A DNA stretch of 64,000 nt, from the NCBI RefSeq assembly GCF_009914755.1, contig NC_060948.1. One strand, written 5' to 3'. The DNA comes from the human T2T-CHM13v2.0 reference genome, Homo sapiens. The notes under the pieces were generated by a model. The model saw only the letters and a list, made by a program, of their open reading frames with translations, made no database searches and was not told the DNA's origin. Made by a program: the position numbers and the translations under genes. This document shows positions 43,301 to 55,900 of this stretch, in pieces (position 1 is the first letter of the stretch; each line of letters begins with the position of its first letter).

Positions 43301-45300
43301 AGACTGGAATGGAATGCACTGGAATGGAAGGGAGTGTAATGGAAGGTTCTCGAAAAAAATGGAATCGAATGGAATGGAATTGAGTGGAACGGAATAGAGT
43401 CGAATGGAATTGAATGGAATGGAATGGACTAGAGTGAAATGGAATCGAACCACAAGGAATGGACAGGAATAGAATGGTCTCGAATTGAATGGAATCGTAT
43501 GGAATGGCATCAAACGGAATGGAATGGACAGCCACGGAATGGAATGCACTCGAATGCAATGGAGTCGAAACTAATGGACTGGAATAGAATGGACTCGACT
43601 GGTACGGACTCCAATGGAATGGAATCGAATGGAAGGGAATCGAACGGAATGGACTCGAAGGGAAAAGACTGCAATGGAACGGTCTCGAATGGAATGGAAA
43701 TTAATGGAATGGAATGGAATCGAATGAAATGGAGTCAAAAGGAATGGAATCGAATGGCAAGAAATCGAATGTAATGGAATCGCAAGGAATTGATATGGAC
43801 GGAACGGAATGGAATGGAATCCAAAGGAATGGAATAGAATGGAATGGAATCGAATGGAAAGGACTCGAATGGAAATCACTCGAATAGAATGCAATTTAAT
43901 AAAATAGGATCAAATGTAATGGAATGGAATGGAAAGGAATCGAAACGAAAGGAATGGAGACAGATGGAATGGAATGGAACAGATAGCAATGGTATACAAT
44001 GGAATGGAATCATCTGGAATGGAATTGAATGGAATGGAATAATATGAAATGGAATGGAATGGAATGGAATGGAATGCCCTTGAATTAAATGGACTGGACT
44101 CGAACAGAGTGGAATGGAAAGTGTTGAGATAGAATGGAATGGACTCCTTTGGAATGGTCTAGTATGCAATGCAATCGACTGGCAGGGAATCAAAAGGAAT
44201 GTAATGGAATGGATTGGACTGGAATGCAATGGACTCGAATAGATTGGAAACGGAATGCAAAGGAATGGAATGGAATAGTATGGAATGGAATGGAAAGGAA
44301 TGGAGTGGAATAGACTAGAGTGGAATGGAATGGACTGGAAAGCAATGGACTGGAATGAAACTTTCTTGAATGGACTGGAATCAAACGGAATGGAATGCAA
44401 TGCAATCAAATGGCATGGAATAAGATAGAATGAAAGAGAATCAAATAGAATTGAATCGAATGGAATCGAATGGATTGGAAAGGAAGAGAATGGAATGGAA
44501 TGGAATTGACTCAAATGGAATGGACTAGAATGGAATGGATTCGAATGGAAGGCAAAGGAATGGAATCTATTGGAATGGACTGTAATGGAATGGAATGGAA
44601 GGGATTGGAATGGACTCGAATGGAATGGACTGCAATAGAAAGGATTCGAATGGAATGAAAAAGAATTGAATGGAATAGAACAGAATGGAATCAAATCGAA
44701 TGAAATGGAATGGAATAGAAAGGAATGGAATGAAATGGAATGGAAAGGATTCGAATGGAATGCAATCGAATGGAATGGAATCGAACGGAATGGAATAAAA
44801 TGGAAGAAAACTGGCAAGAAATGGAATCGAAATGAATGGAGTGTTATGGAACGGACTCAAAAGGAATTGAATGTAATAGAATGGAGTGGAGTGAACTCGA
44901 ATATAATGGACTGGAATGGAATGAAATCACATGGAATGGGAACGAATGGAATGGAATGGAAAGGAATGGAATCGAATGGAAAGGAATCGAACGGAAGGGA
45001 ATGAAATTGAATCAACAGGAATGGAAGGGAATAGAATAGACTGTAATGGAATGGACACGAATAGAATGGACACGAATGCTCAAATTGAATGGACTCGAAT
45101 GGAATGGAAAGGAAAGGAAAGTCATCGAATGGAATTGAATCGATTGGAATGAAATCGCATAGAATGGAGTGGAATCAAATGGAATTGAATCGAAAGGAAA
45201 GGAAGCGAATGGACTGAAATGAAATGGAATGGAATGGAATGGAAAGTAACGCAATGGAATAGAATGGAAAGAAATTTCACGGAATGGAATCAAACTGAAT
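25400..45300 (+). repeat. Dimeric ~7.1-kb super-repeat (alternating A/B units, ~2.8 copies)
   Basis: The A marker GGAGACCGAT lies at 26221, 33309, 40407 (spacing 7088, 7098). The B marker, a 10-bp deletion giving GGACTGGACTCGAAC, lies at 29895, 36993, 44091 (spacing 7098). Confidence 0.9.
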
Positions 45301-48300
45301 GGAATCAAATCAATGGAATCTAATCAAATGGAATGGAAAGGAATTGAATGGAGTAGATTGGATTGGATGGGATTGGAATGAAATGTACTGGAAAGGACTC
45401 GAATTTCATGAAACGGAATGGAATGAATTGGAACGGAATGGACTCGAATGGAATGGAATGTCATGGAATGGCATCAAATGGAATGGCATCAAATGGAATG
45501 GAATCGAATGCAATGGAATGCTATGGAATGGAATGGAATGCATTGGAATGGAATGTCCTCTAATGGAATGGATTCGAGTGGAATGGAATCGAATATAATG
45601 GAGTCGAATGAAATGGAATTGAAAAGAATGGGATCGAATACAATGGAATATACTGGAATGTAATGTAATGAACTCGAATGTAATTGACTGGAATGGAATG
45701 TATATGAATGGAATGTAATCGAATGGAAAGTAATCCAATGGAATAGAATCTAATGCAATAAAATCGACTCAGATAGAGTAGAATGTAATGGAATGGAGTG
45801 CAGTGCAATGGAATGGAATGGAATGGAATGCAATGGAATGGAATGGAATGGAATGGAATGGGATGGAATGGTATGGAATGGATAATAATGGACTGGAGTG
45901 AAATGGACTGGAAAGGAATGGACTCAAATTGAAAGGGCTCGAAAGGAATGGAGACAAATGGAATGGTCTGGAATGGAATGAACACGAATGTAATGCAATC
46001 CAATAGAATAGAGTCGAATGGCATGGAATATAAAGAAATGGAATCGAAGAGAATAGAAACAAATGGAATGGAATTGAATGGAATGGAATTGAATGGAATG
46101 GGAACGAATGGAGTGAAATTGTATGCAGTAGAAGAGAATAGAATGGAATGCAAGCGAAAGGAAAGGAATGGATTGGAATGGAATGGAATTCATTGGAATG
46201 GAAGGGAATGTAGTGTAATGGACAGGCCTGGAATAAAGTGGAATGCTACGGTCTCGAGTGGAATAAAAATGTATGGATTGGAATGCAATGAAACGGAATC
46301 GAATGTCATAGAATGTAATGGAATGCAAAAAAATGGAATCCGAAATCATTGACTGGAAAGGCTGGGTGTCGAAAGGAATTGACTCCAATGGAATGGAATC
46401 GAATGGAATGGAAGTGAATAGAATCGAACTAAATCGAATGGAATGGAATTGATAGGAACGGAATGGAAAGGAATGCAATGATTTGGCACGGAATGGAATC
46501 GAATGGCATCGAATGGAATGGAATGGAATGCAGTGGAATGGAATGTATTAGAATGTAATGAACTTTAATGGAATGTACTCGAAAGGATTTGACTGGAATG
46601 GAATGTTCTGGAAGTGAATGGACTCCAATGGAATGGATTCGAAAGGAATGGAATCGTACGGAATGGAATCTAATGGAATGGAATTAAATGGAAATGAATC
46701 AAATTGAATAGCACGGAATTGAATTGAATGGAATGGAATGCAATGGAATCTAATGAAACGGAAAGGAAAGGAATGCAATGGAATGGAATGGGCTGGAATG
46801 GAAAGGAATCGAAACGAATGGAATGGAATCGAACTGAAGAGACTGGAATGGAATGCACTGGAATGGAAGGGAGTGTAATGGAAGGTTCTCGAAAAAAATG
46901 GAATCGAATGGAATGGAATTGAGTGGAACGGAATAGAGTCGAATGGAATTGAATGGAATGGAATGGACTAGAGTGAAATGGAATCGAACCACAAGGAATG
47001 GACAGGAATAGAATGGTCTCGAATTGAATGGAATCGTATGGAATGGCATCAAACGGAATGGAATGGACAGCCACGGAATGGAATGCACTCGAATGCAATG
47101 GAGTCGAAACTAATGGACTGGAATAGAATGGACTCGACTGGTACGGACTCCAATGGAATGGAATCGAATGGAAGGGAATCGAACGGAATGGACTCGAAGG
47201 GAAAAGACTGCAATGGAACGGTCTCGAATGGAATGGAAATTAATGGAATGGAATGGAATCGAATGAAATGGAGTCAAAAGGAATGGAATCGAATGGCAAG
47301 AAATCGAATGTAATGGAATCGCAAGGAATTGATATGGACGGAACGGAATGGAATGGAATCCAAAGGAATGGAATAGAATGGAATGGAATCGAATGGAAAG
47401 GACTCGAATGGAAATCACTCGAATAGAATGCAATTTAATAAAATAGGATCAAATGTAATGGAATGGAATGGAAAGGAATCGAAACGAAAGGAATGGAGAC
47501 AGATGGAATGGAATGGAACAGATAGCAATGGTATACAATGGAATGGAATCATCTGGAATGGAATTGAATGGAATGGAATAATATGAAATGGAATGGAATG
47601 GAATGGAATGGAATGCCCTTGAATTAAATGGACTGGACTCGAACAGAGTGGAATGGAAAGTGTTGAGATAGAATGGAATGGACTCCTTTGGAATGGTCTA
47701 GTATGCAATGCAATCGACTGGCAGGGAATCAAAAGGAATGTAATGGAATGGATTGGACTGGAATGCAATGGACTCGAATAGATTGGAAACGGAATGCAAA
47801 GGAATGGAATGGAATAGTATGGAATGGAATGGAAAGGAATGGAGTGGAATAGACTAGAGTGGAATGGAATGGACTGGAAAGCAATGGACTGGAATGAAAC
47901 TTTCTTGAATGGACTGGAATCAAACGGAATGGAATGCAATGCAATCAAATGGCATGGAATAAGATAGAATGAAAGAGAATCAAATAGAATTGAATCGAAT
48001 GGAATCGAATGGATTGGAAAGGAAGAGAATGGAATGGAATGGAATTGACTCAAATGGAATGGACTAGAATGGAATGGATTCGAATGGAAGGCAAAGGAAT
48101 GGAATCTATTGGAATGGACTGTAATGGAATGGAATGGAAGGGATTGGAATGGACTCGAATGGAATGGACTGCAATAGAAAGGATTCGAATGGAATGAAAA
48201 AGAATTGAATGGAATAGAACAGAATGGAATCAAATCGAATGAAATGGAATGGAATAGAAAGGAATGGAATGAAATGGAATGGAAAGGATTCGAATGGAAT

Positions 48301-48837
48301 GCAATCGAATGGAATGGAATCGAACGGAATGGAATAAAATGGAAGAAAACTGGCAAGAAATGGAATCGAAATGAATGGAGTGTTATGGAACGGACTCAAA
48401 AGGAATTGAATGTAATAGAATGGAGTGGAGTGAACTCGAATATAATGGACTGGAATGGAATGAAATCACATGGAATGGGAACGAATGGAATGGAATGGAA
48501 AGGAATGGAATCGAATGGAAAGGAATCGAACGGAAGGGAATGAAATTGAATCAACAGGAATGGAAGGGAATAGAATAGACTGTAATGGAATGGACACGAA
48601 TAGAATGGACACGAATGCTCAAATTGAATGGACTCGAATGGAATGGAAAGGAAAGGAAAGTCATCGAATGGAATTGAATCGATTGGAATGAAATCGCATA
48701 GAATGGAGTGGAATCAAATGGAATTGAATCGAAAGGAAAGGAAGCGAATGGACTGAAATGAAATGGAATGGAATGGAATGGAAAGTAACGCAATGGAATA
48801 GAATGGAAAGAAATTTCACGGAATGGAATCAAACTGA
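41760..48837 (+). repeat. Recent near-perfect 3539-bp tandem duplication (about 41760-45298 and 45299-48837)
   Basis: Private variants shared only by these two copies: GGAACGGTCTC (C at 43680 and 47219) and CAAATAGAATTG at this unit position (A at 44447 and 47986). The ORF track is repeated at +3539. Confidence 0.9.
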
Positions 48838-49999
48838 ATGGAATCAAATCAATGGAATCTAATCAAATGGAATGGAAAGGAATTGAATGGAGTATATTGG
48901 ATTGGATGGGATTGGAATGAAATGTACTGGAAAGGACTCGAATTTCATGAAACGGAATGGAATGAATTGGAACGGAATGGACTCGAATGGAATGGAATGA
49001 CATGGAATGGCATCAAATGGAATGGCATCAAATGGAATGGAATCGAATACAATGGAATGCTATGGAATGGAATGGAATGCATTGGAATGGAATGTCCTCT
49101 AATGGAATGGATTCGAGTGGAATGGAATCGAATATAATGGAGTCGAATGAAATGGAATTGAAAGGAATGGGATCGAATAGAATGGAATATACTGGAATGT
49201 AATGTAATGAACTCGAATGTAATTGACTGGAATGGAATGTACATGAATGGAATGTAATCGAATGGAAAGTAATCCAATGGAATAGAATCTAATGCAATAA
49301 AATCGACTCAGATAGAGTAGAATGTAATGGAATGGAGTGCAGTGCAATGGAATGGAATGGAATGGAATGCAATGGAATGGAATGGAATGGAATGGAATGG
49401 GATGGAATGGTATGGAATGGATGGTAATGGACTGGAGTGAAATGGACTGGAAAGGAATGGACTCAAATTGAAAGGGCTGGAAAGGAATGGAGTCAAATGG
49501 AATGGTCTGGAATGGAATGAACACGAAAGTAATGCAATCCAATAGAATGGAATCGAATGGCATGGAATATAATGAAATGGAATCGAAGAGAATGGAAACA
49601 AATGGAATGGAATTGAATGGAATGGAATTGAATGGAATGGGAACGAATGGAGTGAAATTGTATGCAGTAGAAGGGAATAGAATGGAATGCAAGCGAAAGG
49701 AAAGGAATGGATTGGAATGGAATGGAATTCATTGGAATGGAAGGGAATGTAGTGTAATGGACAGGCCTGGAATAAAGTGGAATGCTACGGTCTCGAATGG
49801 AATAAAAATGTATGGAATGGAATGCAATGAAACGGAATCGAATGTCATAGAATGTAATGGAATGCAAAAAAATGGAATCCAAAATCATTGACTGGAAAGG
49901 CTGGGTGTCGAAAGGAATTGACTCCAATGGAATGGAATCGAATGGAATGGAAGTGAATAGAATGGAACTAAATCGAATGGAATGGAATTCATAGGAACG

Positions 50000-52900
50000 G
50001 AATGGAAAGGAATGCAATGATTTGGCATGGAATGGAATCGAATGGCATCGAATGGAATGGAATGGAATGCAATGGAATGGAATGTATTAGAATGTAATGA
50101 ACTTTAATGGAATGTACTCGAATGGATTCGACTGGAATGGAATGTTCTCGAAGTGAATGGACTCCAATGGAATGGATTCGAAAGGAATGGAATCTAATGG
50201 AATGGAATTAAATGGAAATGAATCAAATTGAATAGAACGGAATTGAATTGAATGGAATCGAATGCAATGGAATCTAATGAAACGGAAAGGAAAGGAATGG
50301 AATGGATTGGAATGGAATGGGCTGGAATGGAATGGAATCGAAACGAATGGAATGGAATCGAACTGAAGAGACTGGAATGGAATGCACTGGAATGGAAGGG
50401 AATGTAATGGAAGGTTCTCGAAAAAAATGGAATCGAAAGGAATGGAATTGAATGGAACGGAATAGAGTCGAATGGAATTGAATGGAATGGAATGGACTAG
50501 AGTGAAATGGAATCGAACCACAAGGAATGGACAGGAATAGAATGGTCTCGAATTGAATGGAATCGTATGGAATGGCATCAATCGGAATGGAATGGACAGC
50601 CACGGAATGGAATGGACACCCACGGAATGGAATGCACTCGAATGCAATGGAGTCGACACTAATGGACTGGAATAGAATGGACTCGACTGATACGGACTCC
50701 AATGGAATGGAATCGAATGGAAGGGAATCGAACGGAATGGACTCGAAGGAAAAAGACTGCAATGGAAAGGTCTCCAATGGAATGGAAATTAATGGAATGG
50801 AATGGAATCGAATGAAATGGAGTCAAAAGGAATGGAATCGAATGGCAAGAAATCGAATGTAATGGAATCGCAAGGAATTGATGTGAACGGAACGGAATGG
50901 AATGGAATCCAAAGGAATGGAATAGAATGGAATGGAATCGAATGGAAAGGACTCGAATGGACATCACTCGAATAGAATGCAATTTAATAAAATAGGATCA
51001 AATGTAATGGAATGGAATGGAAAGGAATCGAAACGAAAGGAATGGAGACAGATGGAATGGAATGGAACAGAGAGCAATGGTATAGAATGGAATGGAATCA
51101 TCTGGAATGGAATTGAATGGAATGGAATAATATGAAATGGAAAGGAATGGAATGGAATGCCCTTGAATTAAATGGACTGGAATGGAATGGACTCGAACAG
51201 AGTGGAATGGAAAGTGTTGAAATAGAATGGAATGGACTCGTTTGGAATGGTCTAGTAAGCAATGCAATCGACTGGCAGGGAATCAAAAGGAATGTAATCG
51301 AATGGATTGGACTGGAATGCAATGGACTCGAATAGATTGGAAACGGAAAGCAAAGGAATGGAATGGAATAGTATGGAATGCAATGGAAAGGAATGGAGTG
51401 GAATAGACTAGAGTGGAATGGAATGGACTCGAAAGCAATGGACTGGAATGGAACTTTCTTGAATGGACTGGAATCAAACGGAATGGAATGCAATGCAATC
51501 AAATGGCATGGAATAAAATAGAATGAAAGAGAATGAAATGGAATTGAATCGAATGGAATCGAATGGATTGGAAAGGAATAGAATGGAATGGAATGGAATT
51601 GACTCAAATGGAATGGACTAGAATGGAATGGATTCGAATGGAAGGCAAAGGAATGGAATCTATTGGAATGGACTGTAATGGAATGGAATGGAAGGGATTG
51701 GAATGGACTCGAATGGAATGGACTGCAATAGAAAGGATTCGAATGGAATGAAAAAGAATTGAATGGAATAGAACAGAATGGAATCAAATCGAATGAAATG
51801 GAATGGAATAGAAAGGAATGGAATGAAATGGAATGGAAAGGATTCGAATTGAATGCAATCGAATGGAATGCAATCGAATGGAATGGAATCGAAAGGAATG
51901 GAATAAAATTGAAGAAAACTGGCAAGAAATGGAGTCGAAATGAATGGAGTGTTATGGAACCGACTCAAAAGGAATTGAATGTAATAGAATGGAGTGGAGT
52001 GGACTCGAATATAATGGACTGGAATGGAATGAAATCACATGGAATGGGAACGAATGGAATGGAATGGAAAGGAATGGAATAGAATGGAAAGGAATCGAAT
52101 GGAAGGGAATGAAATTGAATCAACAGGAATGGAAGGGAGTAGAATAGACGGTAATGGAATGGACTCGAATAGAATGGACACGAATGCTCAAATTGAATGG
52201 ACTCGAATGGAATGGAAACGAAAGGAATGTCATCGAATGGAATTGAATCGATTGGAATGAAATCACATAGAATGGAGTGGAATCAAATGGAATTGAATCG
52301 AAAGGAAAGGAAGCGAATGGACTGAAATGAAATGGAATGGAATTGAATGGAAATTAATGCAATGGAATAGAATGGAACGAAATTTCACGGAATGGAATCA
52401 AACTGAATGGAATCAAATCAATGGAATCAAATCAAATGGAATGGAAAGGAATTGAATGGAGTAGATTGGATTGGATGGGATTGGAATGAAATGTACTGGA
52501 AAGGACTCGAATTTCATGAAACGGAATGGAATGAATTGGAACGGAATGGACTCGAATGGAATGGAATGTCATGGAATGGCATCAAATGGAATGGAATCGA
52601 ATGCGATGGAATGCTATGGAATGGAATGGAATGCATTGGAATGGAATGTCCTCTAATGGAATGTATTCGAGTGGAATGGAATCGAATATAATGGAGTCTA
52701 ATGAAATGGAATTGAAAGGAATGGGACCGAATACAATGGAATATACTGGAATGTAATGTAATGAACTCGAATGTAATTGACTGGAATGGAATGTACATGA
52801 ATGGAATGTAATCGAATGGAAAGCAATCCAATGGAATAGAATCTAATGCAATAAAATCGACTCAAATAGAGTAGAATGTAATGGAATGGAGTGCAGTGCA

Positions 52901-55900
52901 ATGGAATGGAATGGAATGGAATGCAATGGAATGGAATGGAATGGAATGGAATGGGATGGAATGGTATGGAATGGATAGTAATGGACTGGAGTGAAATGGA
53001 CTGGAAAAGAATGGACTCAAATTGAAAGGGCTCGAAAGGAATGGAGTCAAATGGAATGGTCTGGAATGGAATGAACACGAATGTAATGCAATCCAATGGA
53101 ATGGAATCGAATGGCATGGAATATAAAGAAATGGAATCGAAGAGAATGGAAACAAATGGAATGGAATTGAATGGAATGGAATTGAATGGAATGGGAACGA
53201 ATGGAGTGAAATTGTATGCAGTAGAAGAGAATAGAATTGAATGCAAGCGAAAGGAAAGGAATGGATTGGAATGGAATGGAATTCATTTGAATGGAAGGGA
53301 ATGTAGTGTAATGGACAGGCCTGGAATAAAGTGGAATGCTACGGTCTCGAATGGAATAAAAATGTATGGAATGGAATGCAATGAAACGGAATCGAATGTC
53401 ATAGAATGTAATGGAATGCAAAAAAAATGGACTCCAAAATCATTGACTGGAAAGGCTGGGTGTCGAAAGGAATTGACTCCAATGGAATGGAAGTGAATAG
53501 AATCGAACTAAATCGAATGGAATGGAATTGATAGGAACGGAATGGAAAGGAATGCAATGATTTGGCATGGAATGGAATCGAATGGCATCGAATGGAATGG
53601 AATGGAATGCAATGGAATGGAATGTATTAGAATGTAATGAACTTTAATGGAATGTACTCGAATGGATTCGACTGGAATGGAATGTTCTCGAAGTGAATGG
53701 ACTCCAATGGAATGGATTCGAAAGGAATGGAATCTAATGGAATGGAATTAAATGGAAATGAATCAAATTGAATAGAACGGAATTGAATTGAATGGAATCG
53801 AATGCAATGGAATCTAATGAAACGGAAAGGAAAGGAATGGAATGGATTGGAATGGAATGGGCTGGAATGGAATGGAATCGAAACGAATGGAATGGAATCG
53901 AACTGAAGAGACTGGAATGGAATGCACTGGAATGGAAGGGAATGTAATGGAAGGTTCTCGAAAAAAATGGAATCGAAAGGAATGGAATTGAATGGAACGG
54001 AATAGATTCGAATGGAATTCAATGGAATGGAATGGACTAGAGTGAAATGGAATCGAACCACAAGGAATGGACAGGAATAGAATGGTCTCGAATTGAATGG
54101 AATCGTATGGAATGGCATCAAACGGAATGGAATGGACAGCCACGGAATGGAATGGACACCCACGGAATGGAATGCACTCGAATGCAATGGAGTCGACATT
54201 AATGGACTGGAATAGAATGGACTCGACTGGTACGGACTCCAATGGAATGGAATCGAATGGAAGGGAATGGAACGGAATGGACTCGAAGGGAAAAGACTGC
54301 AATGGAAAGGTCTCGAATGGAATGGAAATTAATGGAATGGAATGGAATCGAATGAAATGGAGTCAAAAGGAATGGAATCGAATGGCAAGAAATCGAATGT
54401 AATGGAATCGCAAGGAATTGATGTGAACGGAACGGAATGGAATGGAATCCAAAGGAATGGAATAGAATGGAATGGAATCGAATGGAAAGGACTCGAATGG
54501 AAATCACTCGAATAGAATGCAATTTAATAAAATAGGATCAAATGTAATGGAATGGAATGGAAAGGAATCGAAACGAAAGGAATGGAGACAGATGGAATGG
54601 AATGGAACAGAGAGCAATGGTATAGAATGGAATGGAATCATCTGGAATGGAATTGAATGGAATGGAATAATATGAAATGGAATGGAATGGAATGGAATGC
54701 CCTTGAATTAAATGGACTGGAATGGAATGGACTCGAACAGAGTGGAATGGAAAGTGTTGAAATAGAATGGAATGGACTCGTTTGGAATGGTCTAGTATGC
54801 AATGCAATAGACTGGCAGGGAATCAAAAGGAATGTAATCGAATGGATTGGACTGGAATGCAATGGACTCGAATAGATTGGAAACGGAAAGCAAAGGAATG
54901 GAATGGAATAGTATGGAATGGAATGGAAAGGAATGGAGTGGAATAGACTAGAGTGGAATGGAATGGACTCGAAAGCAATGGACTGGAATGGAACTTTCTT
55001 GAATGGACTGGAATCAAACGGAATGGAATGCAATGCAATCAAATGGCATGGAATAAAATAGAATGAAAGAGAATCAAATGGAATTGAATCGAATGGAATC
55101 GAATGGATTGGAAAGGAATAGAATGGAATGGAATGGAATTGACTCAAATGGAATGGACTAGAATGGAATGGATTCGAATGGAAGGCAAAGGAATGGAATC
55201 TATTGGAATGGACTGTAATGGAATGGAATGGAAGGGATTGGAATGGACTCGAATGGAATGGACTGCCATAGAAAGGATTCGAATGGAATGAAAAAGAATT
55301 GAATGGAATAGAACAGAATGGAATCAAATCGAATGAAATGGAATGGAATAGAAAGGAATGGAATGAAATGGAATGGAAAGGATTCGAATGGAATGCAATC
55401 GAATGGAATGCAATCGAACGGAATGGAATAAAATGGAAGAAAACTGGCAAGAAATGGAGTCGAAATGAATGGAGTGTTATGGAACCGACTCAAAAGGAAT
55501 TGAATGTAATAGAATGGAGTGGAGTGGACTCGAATATAATGGACTGGAATGGAATGAAATCACATGGAATGGGAACGAATGGAATGGAATGGAAAGGAAT
55601 GGAATAGAATGGAAAGGAATCGAATGGATGGGAATGAAATTGAATCAACAGGAATGGAAGGGAGTAGAATAGACGGTAATGGAATGGACTCGAATAGAAT
55701 GGACACGAATGCTCAAATTGAATGGACTCGAATGGAATGGAAACGAAAGGAATGTCATCGAATGGAATTGAATCGATTGGAATGAAATCACATAGAATGG
55801 AGTGGAATCAAATGGAATTGAATCGAAAGGAAAGGAAGCGAATGGACTGAAATGAAATGGAATGGAATTGAATGGAAATTAATGCAATGGAATAGAATGG

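Larger units (their letters stand above)
24181..49880 (+). repeat. Central sub-array, type II units (end of unit 7 to start of unit 15)
   Basis: Diagnostic states: 15-bp duplication GGCATCAAATGGAATGGCATCAAAT (24181, 27745, 31274, 34833, 38372, 41931, 45470, 49009), GGAATCC(A/G)AAATC, GTTGAGATAG, ATCGCATAG, GGGATCGAA, CAGATAGAG and an extra CGTACGGAATGGAAT. Boundaries are approximate. Confidence 0.85.
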
